32,000 bases of DNA, taken from NCBI RefSeq assembly GCF_001458695.1, contig NZ_LN885086.1, positions 1,800,001 through 1,832,000 on the forward strand. Direction: 5' to 3'. Shown here in pieces: positions 15,639 to 25,203 of this stretch. Below the pieces are notes generated by a model. That model was not told where the DNA came from, did no database searches, and worked only from the letters and a program-made list of their open reading frames with translations. How positions within the stretch are numbered: the first letter of the stretch is position 1; each line of letters starts with the position of its first letter. The translations under genes were made by a program, and so were the position numbers. Origin of the DNA: Candidatus Nitrospira inopinata. Its GTDB lineage: Bacteria; Nitrospirota; Nitrospiria; Nitrospirales; Nitrospiraceae.

Positions 15639-15839
15639 TCATCTCGGCATGCCTCTGATGCGGGACAAGGGAATCGTCACCAGCCGCCGGCATCGCTTAC
15701 ATTTGAGCTCGACGCCGTTTTCCACCAGACGCGCCAGGAGTTGTCCGCACAGGCAGCGAACGTCATCCGGCGCACAGGCCGATCCGGAGGTCGCCGCCGG
15801 TTTGGGACTCGACGTGCCGGGTTTCATCAGAACGTCCAT
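15639..15839 (-). CDS. Small zinc-ribbon protein resembling phage Mu Com family
   Basis: 66 aa. The core RCLCGQLLARLVENGVELKCKRCRRLV is a CxC-x15-CxxC ribbon with the Com-like LLxR context. ATG 15839 has GGAG 5 nt upstream and overlaps the receptor 3' end by 13 nt. A second ATG at 15827 overlaps the receptor stop (TGATG). Confidence 0.5.
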   Translation of the reverse strand: MDVLMKPGTSSPKPAATSGSACAPDDVRCLCGQLLARLVENGVELKCKRCRRLVTIPLSRIRGMPR

Positions 15840-18199
15840 TTCGCTCCGGCTTGCCAGAGGGCCGGCAGGCTGGGATAGATGCCGCGCGATCGGTCCACGA
15901 TGGCGTCATGGTCCAGCATGTTCTTGCCCGTGAAGAAGAAGGTCGTGTTGATTTTCTTCACGTGTTGGTTGACCGAGGCGTTGAGCATGCACCAGCCCCT
16001 CACGATGCCGCGCTGTCCGTTGGGCGTCGGGATGACCGTGTTCCGGTCATCGGCGAACTGGTCGCTGACACATTGCGTTTCCAAACGGGCGTTAAACGGA
16101 CCGACCCAGAAAGCCCGGTTGGCGTAGCCGATGCCCGCCGTAATCAAATGCTCCGGCGTGTAGGGCAGACGGTTTCCACTGACGCTGAGCGTCGTCGGTT
16201 CCCCCGGCAAGAGCGCTGCGGCGCCGAGTGAACTATTGCGCGTTCCCTTGAAATTCGCCTGGGCGACCCAGGTGTAGTTGAAATCGAACGTGACGTCTTG
16301 GTTGTCGTCTCGGCCGGTCACGGCGTCCCAGAGATCGATCTGGGTTGCCACCTCGGCGCCGCGGTGTTGCGTTCTTCCAGCACTCGTCAAGGTGGAGCCG
16401 ACCCCTCCGGCCACCGATTGGGTAATGATCTGGTTGTCGAAGTCCATCTGATAGCCGGTGATGGAGTACGCGGCCCAGTGGGTCAGATTTCCTCGCACCC
16501 CCAACTCGTAGGTCCAGCTCAACTCCGGGCCCAAATCGACGGGCCGTGCCGTGGCGAGAGCGACCGCATCGGAGATCTGAGGCGGCGCCATACCGCGGTG
16601 GGCGCCGAAGAAGAAGGTGGTGTTCTTAAACGGCGAATAGGTGATGCCGGCGCCAGGCAGCACCTCGGTAAAATTGGTCTTGCCGTAGTTGCCGTTCCCG
16701 TTGTTCGCCAGTCGGTTGGTTTGATCGTAACTGATGTGCTCGACCCGGAATCCCGGCGTCAAGGTAAAGGGGCCCAGAATCAACCGCTCTTGAGCGAAGA
16801 AGGCATAGGCATTGGTGGTGCGTTTGTTGTTTTCACCCAAACAGGTGGGCTGTCCAGGGTTGATACAGCTTGATGGCACTCCCGTTCCTGAGACCGTATT
16901 AAGCAACTGTTTACGGTCCGACTGCTCGTACATGTACCGAGCGCCGAAGTCCGCTTCGCCCTTGAGCCCGAAGAACGGAAAGGCATGAGAATAGTGGAAG
17001 CGGGGCTCGACTCCCCAAACCCAATACTCTCGTTCGTTGGTGAATCGCCGGTTGGCTGGTACGACGCCGTATGCGGTTGCCGGAATGCTGTTGCCGTTTT
17101 GGATGCCGCCGACCGGACTGCCGGTGATGTCCACTCCCTGTTGAGACTGGCGGCTCCAGTCCCGCTCCATATAATGGCCGAAGAAGTTCGTGGTTGAGGT
17201 CAAGTTGGCGGTGAACAGGTGGTTGACCGCCACGTGGTAGCCGAGCCGCATGAAGTCGAAGTGATCGTTGGTAAACGGGGTTTGCCGGTCTTCGCCACGG
17301 GTGGCCCACTCCGCTTGGGTCAGCCCTTGGTAGCCGATCGCTGAGTTTTCACGGTAGTAATTGAACTTGGCCAGGATCTGGGTCCGGTCGCTTAATTCCT
17401 GGACGGTCTTAAATGTCAAGTCATCGATCTTCGCGCGGATATTGGTGAACCGCGGTGTGTCGGTTTGCGAATGGGTGTAATCGACCAGATAGCCGCTTTT
17501 GCCCCACGTTCCGCCGTAATCGAAATGGGTGTTCAGGTAATTCAAATTGCCGCCCCACACCTGAAAATGGCCTTCCGGTTTGGCCGAAGGCATGCGCGTG
17601 ATGAGGTTGATGACGCCGCCGATGGTCTGGGGCCCGTAGAGGAGTTGCCCGCTGCCCTTCAACACCTCGATCCGATCAAAGCGGAAAATCGGAGGAAAGT
17701 AATAGGAAGAGGGATCGGCGTAAGGCATCAGCATGATGGGCACGCCGTCTTCCATGATGTGCACTTTCCGGCTGCGCGTCGGGTCCAGGCCTCGAATGCC
17801 GATATTAGGCCGGATGCCAAGACCTTCTTCGTCTCGGACATGAACACCAGGAACCTCGCGCAACGCCTCGTTGATGGTGAACCGGTGGTTCTGTTCGATG
17901 CTTTCGCTGGTCACGACTTTTCCAGAGCCTGGAATATGATCCAGTGCGGTCGGCGCCGTCCCGATGATTTCCGTCAAAGGCGCTCTGATCGGCTTTTGGT
18001 CTGACGGTGACTGCTCCCGATCTTGTGTCCCCGTGCCTTCAGACGAAGAATCGAGCGAAGCCTGCGCAACCGTCGCTTTTTGAGGCGGTAGTTCCTCGGC
18101 GGCCGTCGCAGAGGAGTCCGACAGCGCGAACGCGGCGGCAAAAAGACAGAATATAAAGATAGTTCTTATTCTCATTCTCAATAAGAAACAAAACGCCAT
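15827..18199 (-). CDS. TonB-dependent outer-membrane receptor (siderophore-receptor-like)
   Basis: Start chosen at ATG 18199 (GGAGAAGGAAG upstream), giving MAFCFLLRMRIRTIFIFCLFAAAFALS as a signal peptide. Plug motifs (NEALREVPGVHVRDEEGLGIRPNIGIRGL…VHIMEDGVPI…IEVLKGSGQLLYGPQTIGGVINLIT). Barrel ends in the terminal AKWTF. Confidence 0.9.
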   Translation of the reverse strand: MAFCFLLRMRIRTIFIFCLFAAAFALSDSSATAAEELPPQKATVAQASLDSSSEGTGTQDREQSPSDQKPIRAPLTEIIGTAPTALDHIPGSGKVVTSESIEQNHRFTINEALREVPGVHVRDEEGLGIRPNIGIRGLDPTRSRKVHIMEDGVPIMLMPYADPSSYYFPPIFRFDRIEVLKGSGQLLYGPQTIGGVINLITRMPSAKPEGHFQVWGGNLNYLNTHFDYGGTWGKSGYLVDYTHSQTDTPRFTNIRAKIDDLTFKTVQELSDRTQILAKFNYYRENSAIGYQGLTQAEWATRGEDRQTPFTNDHFDFMRLGYHVAVNHLFTANLTSTTNFFGHYMERDWSRQSQQGVDITGSPVGGIQNGNSIPATAYGVVPANRRFTNEREYWVWGVEPRFHYSHAFPFFGLKGEADFGARYMYEQSDRKQLLNTVSGTGVPSSCINPGQPTCLGENNKRTTNAYAFFAQERLILGPFTLTPGFRVEHISYDQTNRLANNGNGNYGKTNFTEVLPGAGITYSPFKNTTFFFGAHRGMAPPQISDAVALATARPVDLGPELSWTYELGVRGNLTHWAAYSITGYQMDFDNQIITQSVAGGVGSTLTSAGRTQHRGAEVATQIDLWDAVTGRDDNQDVTFDFNYTWVAQANFKGTRNSSLGAAALLPGEPTTLSVSGNRLPYTPEHLITAGIGYANRAFWVGPFNARLETQCVSDQFADDRNTVIPTPNGQRGIVRGWCMLNASVNQHVKKINTTFFFTGKNMLDHDAIVDRSRGIYPSLPALWQAGAKWTF
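18161..18179. promoter_or_regulatory. Fur-box-like sequence inside the AT-rich 5' end of the receptor gene
   Basis: The minus strand GAGAATGAGAATAAGAACT matches the Fur consensus at 12/19, including two consecutive GAgAAT hexamers. It lies within an AT-rich island at 18141-18194 that encodes the signal peptide. Confidence 0.4.
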
Positions 18200-18244
18200 C
18201 TTCCTTCTCCTTCTGCGTGGGCTCACCGGCCTCTATGGGTTAGG

Positions 18245-18276
18245 GTAAAAAAAGAAGCCTCCTCGAAGGGAGGCTG
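18245..18276 (-). terminator. Rho-independent terminator after tonB
   Basis: Stem agcctcc (18256-18262) / ggaggct (18269-18275). On the minus strand it is followed by UCUUUUUUUACCC (the plus-strand A-run at 18247-18253). Confidence 0.7.
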
Positions 18277-18334
18277 CCAGACGAATCTGGGATGAGACTG
18301 TGAACTGAGCGACCGACGACATCTTCATGGACCT

Positions 18335-19213
18335 CTATCGGAGCGAATAACTGATCGGCATGAGAATGGCCACCTGAGGCTTTCCCAGAGGCTGTTCGAG
18401 TTTCAAAGGCGATGCTTTTCGCAAAGTCTCCATCGCGTCGTTGTCGAGGATGGACCGCCCCGAGCTTTCTTGCACGTCGACCATAATGACCTGTCCGTCG
18501 TCTCTGATCACGGCCCGGAGCACGACCTTGCCTTCCCAATGGTTGATGCGGGCCAAATGAGGGTAGCTCTTCAGTTCGTTGATCCGCCCCAACAGCGCCT
18601 TCATGAGCCACGCATAATCGGCCTTGGCTGCAACGGGTGCATGTGAGGGGGCCTTCGCGACAGCGGCCTCGACGGGCTTGGTCTCCTGAGCAACAGAGGC
18701 GACGGCAGGGTGGGGTTCCGTCACAACCTGCCGTGGGGGCTCCGGTGTTATGCCCGGCGCCGTCTGAATCGGCGGCTCTTCTTGAACGGCCGTGTCTTGC
18801 ACCGGCGTCGGCTCAACGGTCTCGTGGATCTCCTCCTGGGGCGGGACCGTCTTCTCAAAAACCATCGAAGCCGTCTGCGAGACCGTCTGATCGACGGGCA
18901 TGATCTCGGGAACAGGCCGAACCGTTCGAACTTCTTGGCGGTGGAGAACTTCACGTTGAACCGGTTTGGCGACCGGCTCCGGTGGTTGAGGCGGAGGCGT
19001 GGTTTCCGGGAGAGGGTCCGACAAGGGGGAAATTTCCGGCGATTCCACCATCGCAACATTCCATTGAAACGGTTCCGCCTCCATGGACGGAGACAAGCCC
19101 GACATCAAGGCCATCGCGCCCGCGCCGAAAATGCCGTGGACGAGTAGAGACCAGGCCCAACCCCGTTGGTGCATGCGCGCGTGGTCTTGTGAAGCGGCCG
19201 CGAGCAGGGTCAT
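18335..19213 (-). CDS. tonB: TonB energy transducer
   Basis: TM segment with S-x3-H (WSLLVHGIFGAGAMAL). Pro/Glu-rich linker. C-terminal domain YPHLARINHWEGKVVLRAVIRDDGQVIMVDVQESSGRSILDNDAMETLRKASPL. The start overlaps the exbD stop by 4 bp. Confidence 0.85.
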   Translation of the reverse strand: MTLLAAASQDHARMHQRGWAWSLLVHGIFGAGAMALMSGLSPSMEAEPFQWNVAMVESPEISPLSDPLPETTPPPQPPEPVAKPVQREVLHRQEVRTVRPVPEIMPVDQTVSQTASMVFEKTVPPQEEIHETVEPTPVQDTAVQEEPPIQTAPGITPEPPRQVVTEPHPAVASVAQETKPVEAAVAKAPSHAPVAAKADYAWLMKALLGRINELKSYPHLARINHWEGKVVLRAVIRDDGQVIMVDVQESSGRSILDNDAMETLRKASPLKLEQPLGKPQVAILMPISYSLR

Positions 19214-19584
19214 GACCGCACCACCTCCAGACTCACCTGAGAAAATCCCAAGCCGCGCACTTCGTCAACGACCTGAACGAACCGCTCCAGCATCGTTACT
19301 TTGTCGGCGCGGACGACCACGATCGATTCCCGCGGCTGCGAGGCGAGCACGGCGCGGAGCCCGTTCTCGGGGACGGCCGAATCATTGAGATAAAGCTGCC
19401 CCTCCGCCGTCAGGGTGATGACGACCGGGACGTCCTTGCGATCGCTGGCTTCGGATGCCTTGGCCAAGTCGACCGGAATCTGTCCCGTGGTGATGAAGGT
19501 CGCCGTCGTCAACACGATGACCAACAGCACCAGCATTACGTCAACCAGGGGAATGACGTTGATTTGATTCAGTTCATGATTCAT
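19210..19584 (-). CDS. exbD: ExbD/TolR biopolymer transport protein
   Basis: 124 aa. INVIPLVDVMLVLLVIVL TM segment followed by a periplasmic domain (VITLTAEGQLYLND…VVVRADK). Overlaps the exbB 3' end. Confidence 0.9.
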   Translation of the reverse strand: MNHELNQINVIPLVDVMLVLLVIVLTTATFITTGQIPVDLAKASEASDRKDVPVVITLTAEGQLYLNDSAVPENGLRAVLASQPRESIVVVRADKVTMLERFVQVVDEVRGLGFSQVSLEVVRS

Positions 19585-20005
19585 GGGGATGACGGATTTT
19601 GTATTCGGTCACCAGTTCGGCGACACGTCGTCGGAGGGCGTTATTCAGGACGACGCAGGGGATTGCCACCAAGAGTCCGACCGCCGTCGCTTTGAGGGCC
19701 AAACTTAATCCCACCATAATGGAACTGACGGCGATCGTCTTGGAGGTTCCCATGGTATGGAACGTCAACATAATGCCCAAGACCGTCCCCAACAGGCCGA
19801 TATAGGGCGCGTTGGCCGCCACGGTCCCGATGATCACCAACCGTTTGGTCAAGGCGATTTCAAACAATTGTTGGTTCGGATAGAGCGAGGGATCGATCCG
19901 CCGGTAAAACTGCCACCGCTCGATGGCCACGGCCACGGCCCACACGCTGAGCGCCAGCAACAGGCCGATGATGCCGTAGTCGATGATGTCTTTTAACGCT
20001 TCCAT
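19574..20005 (-). CDS. exbB: ExbB/MotA/TolQ proton-channel protein (short form)
   Basis: 143 aa with three TM segments and the conserved APYIGLLGTVLGIMLTF and LALKATAVGLLVAIP motifs. Confidence 0.9.
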   Translation of the reverse strand: MEALKDIIDYGIIGLLLALSVWAVAVAIERWQFYRRIDPSLYPNQQLFEIALTKRLVIIGTVAANAPYIGLLGTVLGIMLTFHTMGTSKTIAVSSIMVGLSLALKATAVGLLVAIPCVVLNNALRRRVAELVTEYKIRHPHES

Positions 20006-20046
20006 GCTGAATCCCGCGGCTGAGTCGTCGCACCTGATACGTTATT

Positions 20047-20065
20047 GATAATGCTTCTCAATACC
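20047..20065. promoter_or_regulatory. Fur-box-like operator upstream of exbB
   Basis: gataatgcttctcaatacc matches GATAATGATAATCATTATC at 14/19, with the first 7 positions perfect. It lies 42 nt upstream of ATG 20005. Confidence 0.55.
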
Positions 20066-20096
20066 ACCCGTTGTCCGACTCTGTCAATGGAAAAAT

Positions 20097-21268
<1,172 letters not shown>

Positions 21269-21272
<4 letters not shown>

Positions 21273-22861
21273 CGAACCTCTGCCGCCCGCCAATCGCGCG
21301 AAAGCAGAAGCGCGAGCGCCGGCAAGCCCACGACGACAATGAGCAAAGCGGACGGGGCCGCGAGTTGGTAGTATTCTTCGCTGGCCTCCAGCCACACGCG
21401 GACGGCGAGCGTGTCGAACCCGACCGGTCGCAACAGCAGCGTGGCCGGCAGTTCCTTGATCGCTTGGAGGAACATCAACACCCACGCGGCGATGAATCCG
21501 TTCCGCATGAGCGGAAGCGTCACGCGGCGCCAGGTCTCTTGAACGCCGAGCCCCAGTGTGCGCGCCGCTTCTTCAAGGTTGGGCGTGATTTGCTGGAGCG
21601 ACGGCTCCAGCGACTGAAGCCCGGCCGGGAGAAAGTGCAACACGTAAGCGGCGACCAAAACGACCGCCGTGCCGTAAAGAAACGGCGTCACGTGAAGAAA
21701 CAACACCAAGACGGCAAGGGCGGCGACGGGGCCCGGCAGGACATAGCCCGCATAGGCGGCCTGAAGGCAACCGAGCGAAAGCCAACTCGGCCGTCGGCTT
21801 GCCAGATAAGCCAGCGGAAGCCCCATCAAGACTCCGGCCGTCGCGGCGAGCCCCGATAAGAACGCGCTGTTCCAGATAAAGCCCAAAAAGCGGCCGTCCA
21901 GGGTCGCCAAGGCATCGGGAGAGAGGCTCCAGAGAACAAGCAGCGAGGCGGGAAGGGCGAACGAGGCTCCTACGACGGCGGCGAGATAGGTCGTGAGGAC
22001 GAGAGCCTTGGGCCCGGCGCAAGGGATTCGGTCGGGCGTGCGATAGCGTCCCGCCGTTTGATAAAAACGGCTTCGGTGGCGGAACCACCGTTCGGTCAGC
22101 AAGAAGATCAACGCGAGCGCCACCAGAAGAACGCTGAGAATGCTGGCGGCCGTATTGTCGGATCGTCCGGTCATCTGCTGAAACACGGCATAGGTCAGTG
22201 TCTGGTAACGCAAGAGCGAGACGGCGCCGAAATCAGAGATCACGTACAGAATCACCAGGGCGACACCGGCCGCGATCGAGGGACGTATCAAGGGCAGGGT
22301 GACGGAGAACAACGTGCGCGGTCTGGACATTCCGCAGGTGCGGGCCGCTTCCTCGAACGACACGTTGACGTTCAGAAGGGCGCCGCGGGTAAGGAGATAG
22401 ACGAACGGAAAGGTATCGAGGGTCATGACCAGCGAGGCTCCCCAGAAACTTTGAGGCGAGAAGATTCGCGCCTCAAGACCGGCAACGGTTTGCCAAAGCT
22501 GTTCCACGGGCCCGCCGAAACCCAAGAGATAATTGTACACGTAGGCCAAGACGTAGGTGGGCATCGCGAGAGGCAGCACGAGCGCGATCTCCCACAACCG
22601 CCGCCCGGGAAAATCGAACCTCGTGACGACCCAGGCGGTTGAGACTCCCAGGACCAGCGTCAGCGCCGCCACCGCGCCGGCCAAAGAAACCGTGTTGGCC
22701 AGCAATTCGGGGATCCGCGTGGCCCAGAGGCGTCGCCACACGGCAAGATCGGCGGACAGGGCCGACGCGGCCACATAGAGCAGCGGCGCGAGAACGAGAG
22801 CGGCGCCGGCCAGTGCGATCGCCTGGAGGGGAAACGCGGCATGGCCTCGTGCGGCGGTCAC
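21269..22861 (-). CDS. Fused two-domain ABC importer permease (FbpB-like iron(III) permease)
   Basis: 530 aa with about 12 predicted TM helices. It has two BPD-transporter EAA-type loops (FEEAARTCGMSRPRTLFSVTLPLIRP and LEEAARTLGLGVQETWRRVTLPLM). Confidence 0.9.
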
Positions 22862-22876
22862 TGCCCGACTCGCGCG

Positions 22877-23938
22877 TTACCGGAGACCGACTTGTTCGAT
22901 GAGCTGCAACGTCGGTTCACGCAACTCGGCGAGTTTCGCGAGAGGGACCGCGGCGGGACGAAAACTGTTGCGGTCGACCAGAGAGGGATCGGCCTTGACC
23001 CCGGGATGAAGCGGGTATTCTTTGTCAAGGTCGGCGAACATCTTTTGCCCCGTTTCACCCACCAAAAATTTGATCAACTGCGTTGCCTGCTCCAAACGGG
23101 GCGTGTGCTTGAGTATGCCGACACCCGCGACGTTCATGACGGCGCCCAATCCGCCTTCCTGTTGGTCCGGCATCACGACGGCCAATGGAGCCGACGGGTG
23201 TACGGCCACATGTCGGTACACATAATAGTGATTCACGATGCCCATCGCAACCTGTCCCTTCGCGACCGCCTCCACGATTTGGGAGCTTTTTTGATAGACC
23301 TGCGTGCCGGCGTTGTCACGCAGGCCGATGAGGAATTGTTTCGTGCGCTCATCCCCGACGCCGGCCCGCAAGACCGACACGCCGGCCTGCAAGTATTCGC
23401 TCCCCGCATTGGGGATGGCGATCTTGCCTTTCCACTGAGGATCGGCCAGATCGAATAACGACGTGACCTGGCCGGGCCGCACCATCGTCGTGTTGTACAC
23501 GATGATCCAGAACCGTCCCGACAATCCGATCCAACTGTTGTCGGGTGCCCGGAATTGGGATGGAATGACGCGGTTGACTTCCTCGAGGTCGACCGGGCGC
23601 AGAAGTCCGGCCGTGCGGGCCAGTTCGAGGCTGCCGGCGTCGTTGGTGATCAAGAGATCCGCCGGACTCCGGTCTCCTTCGGCCTTGAGACGGTTGAGCA
23701 ATTCGGTGGTTCCGGATGAAAGCAGGTCGATGTGAACGCCGGTCTTCGCGGTGAAGGCGTCCAACACCGGTTTGATGAGCCGCTCGGCTCGTCCCGAATA
23801 AACGGTCAATTTCTCCGCCGCTGCGGAGGGGGGAGGAGCCATCCCTGTCAGGCATCCAAGAGCCAGGGAGAACCAGACAACCCAGAAGCGAGGGCGCAGT
23901 CGTCGGCGCGCGGCCGAATATCCGGAGCAATACCACAT
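22877..23938 (-). CDS. Periplasmic Fe(III)-type ABC substrate-binding protein (FbpA/AfuA-like)
   Basis: Signal peptide (FWVVWFSLALGCLTGMAPPPSAAA). Then LTVYSGRAERLIKPVLDAFTAKTGVHIDLLSSGTTELLNRL…DLLITNDAGSLE…WIGLSGRFWIIVYN, typical of the iron-binding SBP family. Confidence 0.88.
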   Translation of the reverse strand: MWYCSGYSAARRRLRPRFWVVWFSLALGCLTGMAPPPSAAAEKLTVYSGRAERLIKPVLDAFTAKTGVHIDLLSSGTTELLNRLKAEGDRSPADLLITNDAGSLELARTAGLLRPVDLEEVNRVIPSQFRAPDNSWIGLSGRFWIIVYNTTMVRPGQVTSLFDLADPQWKGKIAIPNAGSEYLQAGVSVLRAGVGDERTKQFLIGLRDNAGTQVYQKSSQIVEAVAKGQVAMGIVNHYYVYRHVAVHPSAPLAVVMPDQQEGGLGAVMNVAGVGILKHTPRLEQATQLIKFLVGETGQKMFADLDKEYPLHPGVKADPSLVDRNSFRPAAVPLAKLAELREPTLQLIEQVGLR

Positions 23939-23964
23939 GGGGCGAACCTCTTTTTGTCACTGTT

Positions 23965-23983
23965 GAAATTGATAACCCATTTC
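23965..23983. promoter_or_regulatory. Fur-box-like operator upstream of the iron ABC operon
   Basis: gaaattgataacccatttc matches the consensus at 13/19. It is embedded in a 7-bp inverted repeat (ttgaaat…atttcaa), 27 nt upstream of ATG 23938. Confidence 0.45.
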
Positions 23984-24022
23984 AATTAGCGCGCTTAGCG
24001 TAACAGATCAAGCGAGAAGGGG

Positions 24023-24454
24023 TCAATGCTGGCAGCGGGAGCAAAGGCCGTAGAGTTCGAGGCGGTGAGTTTTAATGACGAAACCGTTCCGGGCCGCGAC
24101 TTCTTCCTGGAGTCGTTCAATGTCGCAGTTTTCAAACTCCACGATCTTCCCGCATTCCGTGCAGATCAAATGATCGTGATGGCCCTTGTGAGAGACGTTG
24201 TCGTACTGGGTTTGCGTCCCGAAGTGTCGAGCCTGCGCCAAGCCTGCCTCACAGAAGAGGTTGAGCGTCCGGTAAATGGTCGCCAGGCCCAAGTGAGGAT
24301 CTTTGCGTGCGAGCTGGTGGTACAGTTCTTCCGCCGTGATGTGCTCCTGCTTGAGGAACGCATCCAGGATCAGTTCCCGCTGGCGGGTGTACTTGAGCTG
24401 GTGTTTCCCCAAATGCTCTTTCAGCAGCGCCATTTCTTTTTGATGTTTGGACAT
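24023..24454 (-). CDS. fur: Ferric uptake regulator family protein
   Basis: LKYTRQRELILDAFLKQEHITAEELYHQL…LGLATIYRTLNLFCEAGL…HHDHLICTECGKIVEF…LELYGLCSRC. This shows the winged helix, the HHDH regulatory site and the CxxC…CxxC structural Zn site. ATG 24454 is preferred over the upstream GTG 24475. Confidence 0.9.
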   Translation of the reverse strand: MSKHQKEMALLKEHLGKHQLKYTRQRELILDAFLKQEHITAEELYHQLARKDPHLGLATIYRTLNLFCEAGLAQARHFGTQTQYDNVSHKGHHDHLICTECGKIVEFENCDIERLQEEVAARNGFVIKTHRLELYGLCSRCQH

Positions 24455-24606
24455 ATGCCGGCCCCTTGTCGTCACCCGCGCCGGGCGCCATTAAAGACGA
24501 AAACAGGTGTGGGGTCAAGAGCATGGGGCGAAGGAAATGGCCGGGAACGGCCGGTTTGACGATCCGCCGTCGCAGGTCTATATTCGGCCGGGCGAGAGGG
24601 GGGCTT

Positions 24607-25203
24607 ATGCGGACACCGAGCCAAATCAGCATCGATCGCGCGCTCCTTTTATACGTCTTGCATGTGGCCGAGTCATACGGCCTCCTGAGCGACGTCAAGT
24701 TGCAACAGTTGTGTTTCCTCTGCGAATTGCAAACGTTCGGCAAGGGGTATCGAGCGTTTCATTTTGAGTTTTTTCGGTTCGCCTACGGCGCGTTCAGCAA
24801 AGACTTGGACAACGATCTCCTGTCGCTCAGGCGGAAAGGGAGGGTCGAAAACTTCACTCTGTCCGATCAGGCTAAAGAAGAAGTGATCCCGCTCGTGCTC
24901 AAGGCGATCCACGGTGTGGAGGTCAATGAGCGGATCAAGGAGATCATCGACGCGGTGGTGGCGACCTACGGGCCGCAGGAGACCGGCGCGATCACCGCCT
25001 CCGTCGAGGCCGTGGAGTTGAGCACGCCGCAGCGGCCGGAATTCAAGATTCCGATCCGCGACATCGTGTTTCACACCACGCTGCTGGTGCCCGAGCGGAT
25101 CGAAGTTCAAGCGGAATTCACCATCCAGCCCTCCCTGGCGGCCAGGCTCAACGTGGCGATGGGATACGATGGCAAGACGCCCGCCGTCATTCAGAGCTGG
25201 TAG
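24607..25203 (+). CDS. DUF4065/Panacea (SocA-like antitoxin-type) domain protein with a C-terminal region of about 90 aa of unknown function
   Basis: Start at ATG 24607 (GAGAGGGGGG upstream). SDVKLQQLCFLCELQTFGKGYRAFHFEFFRFAYGAFSKDLDNDLLSL follows the KLQKLLY…F.AW.YGP.S..L pattern of Panacea domains. Recognised by eye only. Confidence 0.5.
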   Translation: MRTPSQISIDRALLLYVLHVAESYGLLSDVKLQQLCFLCELQTFGKGYRAFHFEFFRFAYGAFSKDLDNDLLSLRRKGRVENFTLSDQAKEEVIPLVLKAIHGVEVNERIKEIIDAVVATYGPQETGAITASVEAVELSTPQRPEFKIPIRDIVFHTTLLVPERIEVQAEFTIQPSLAARLNVAMGYDGKTPAVIQSW

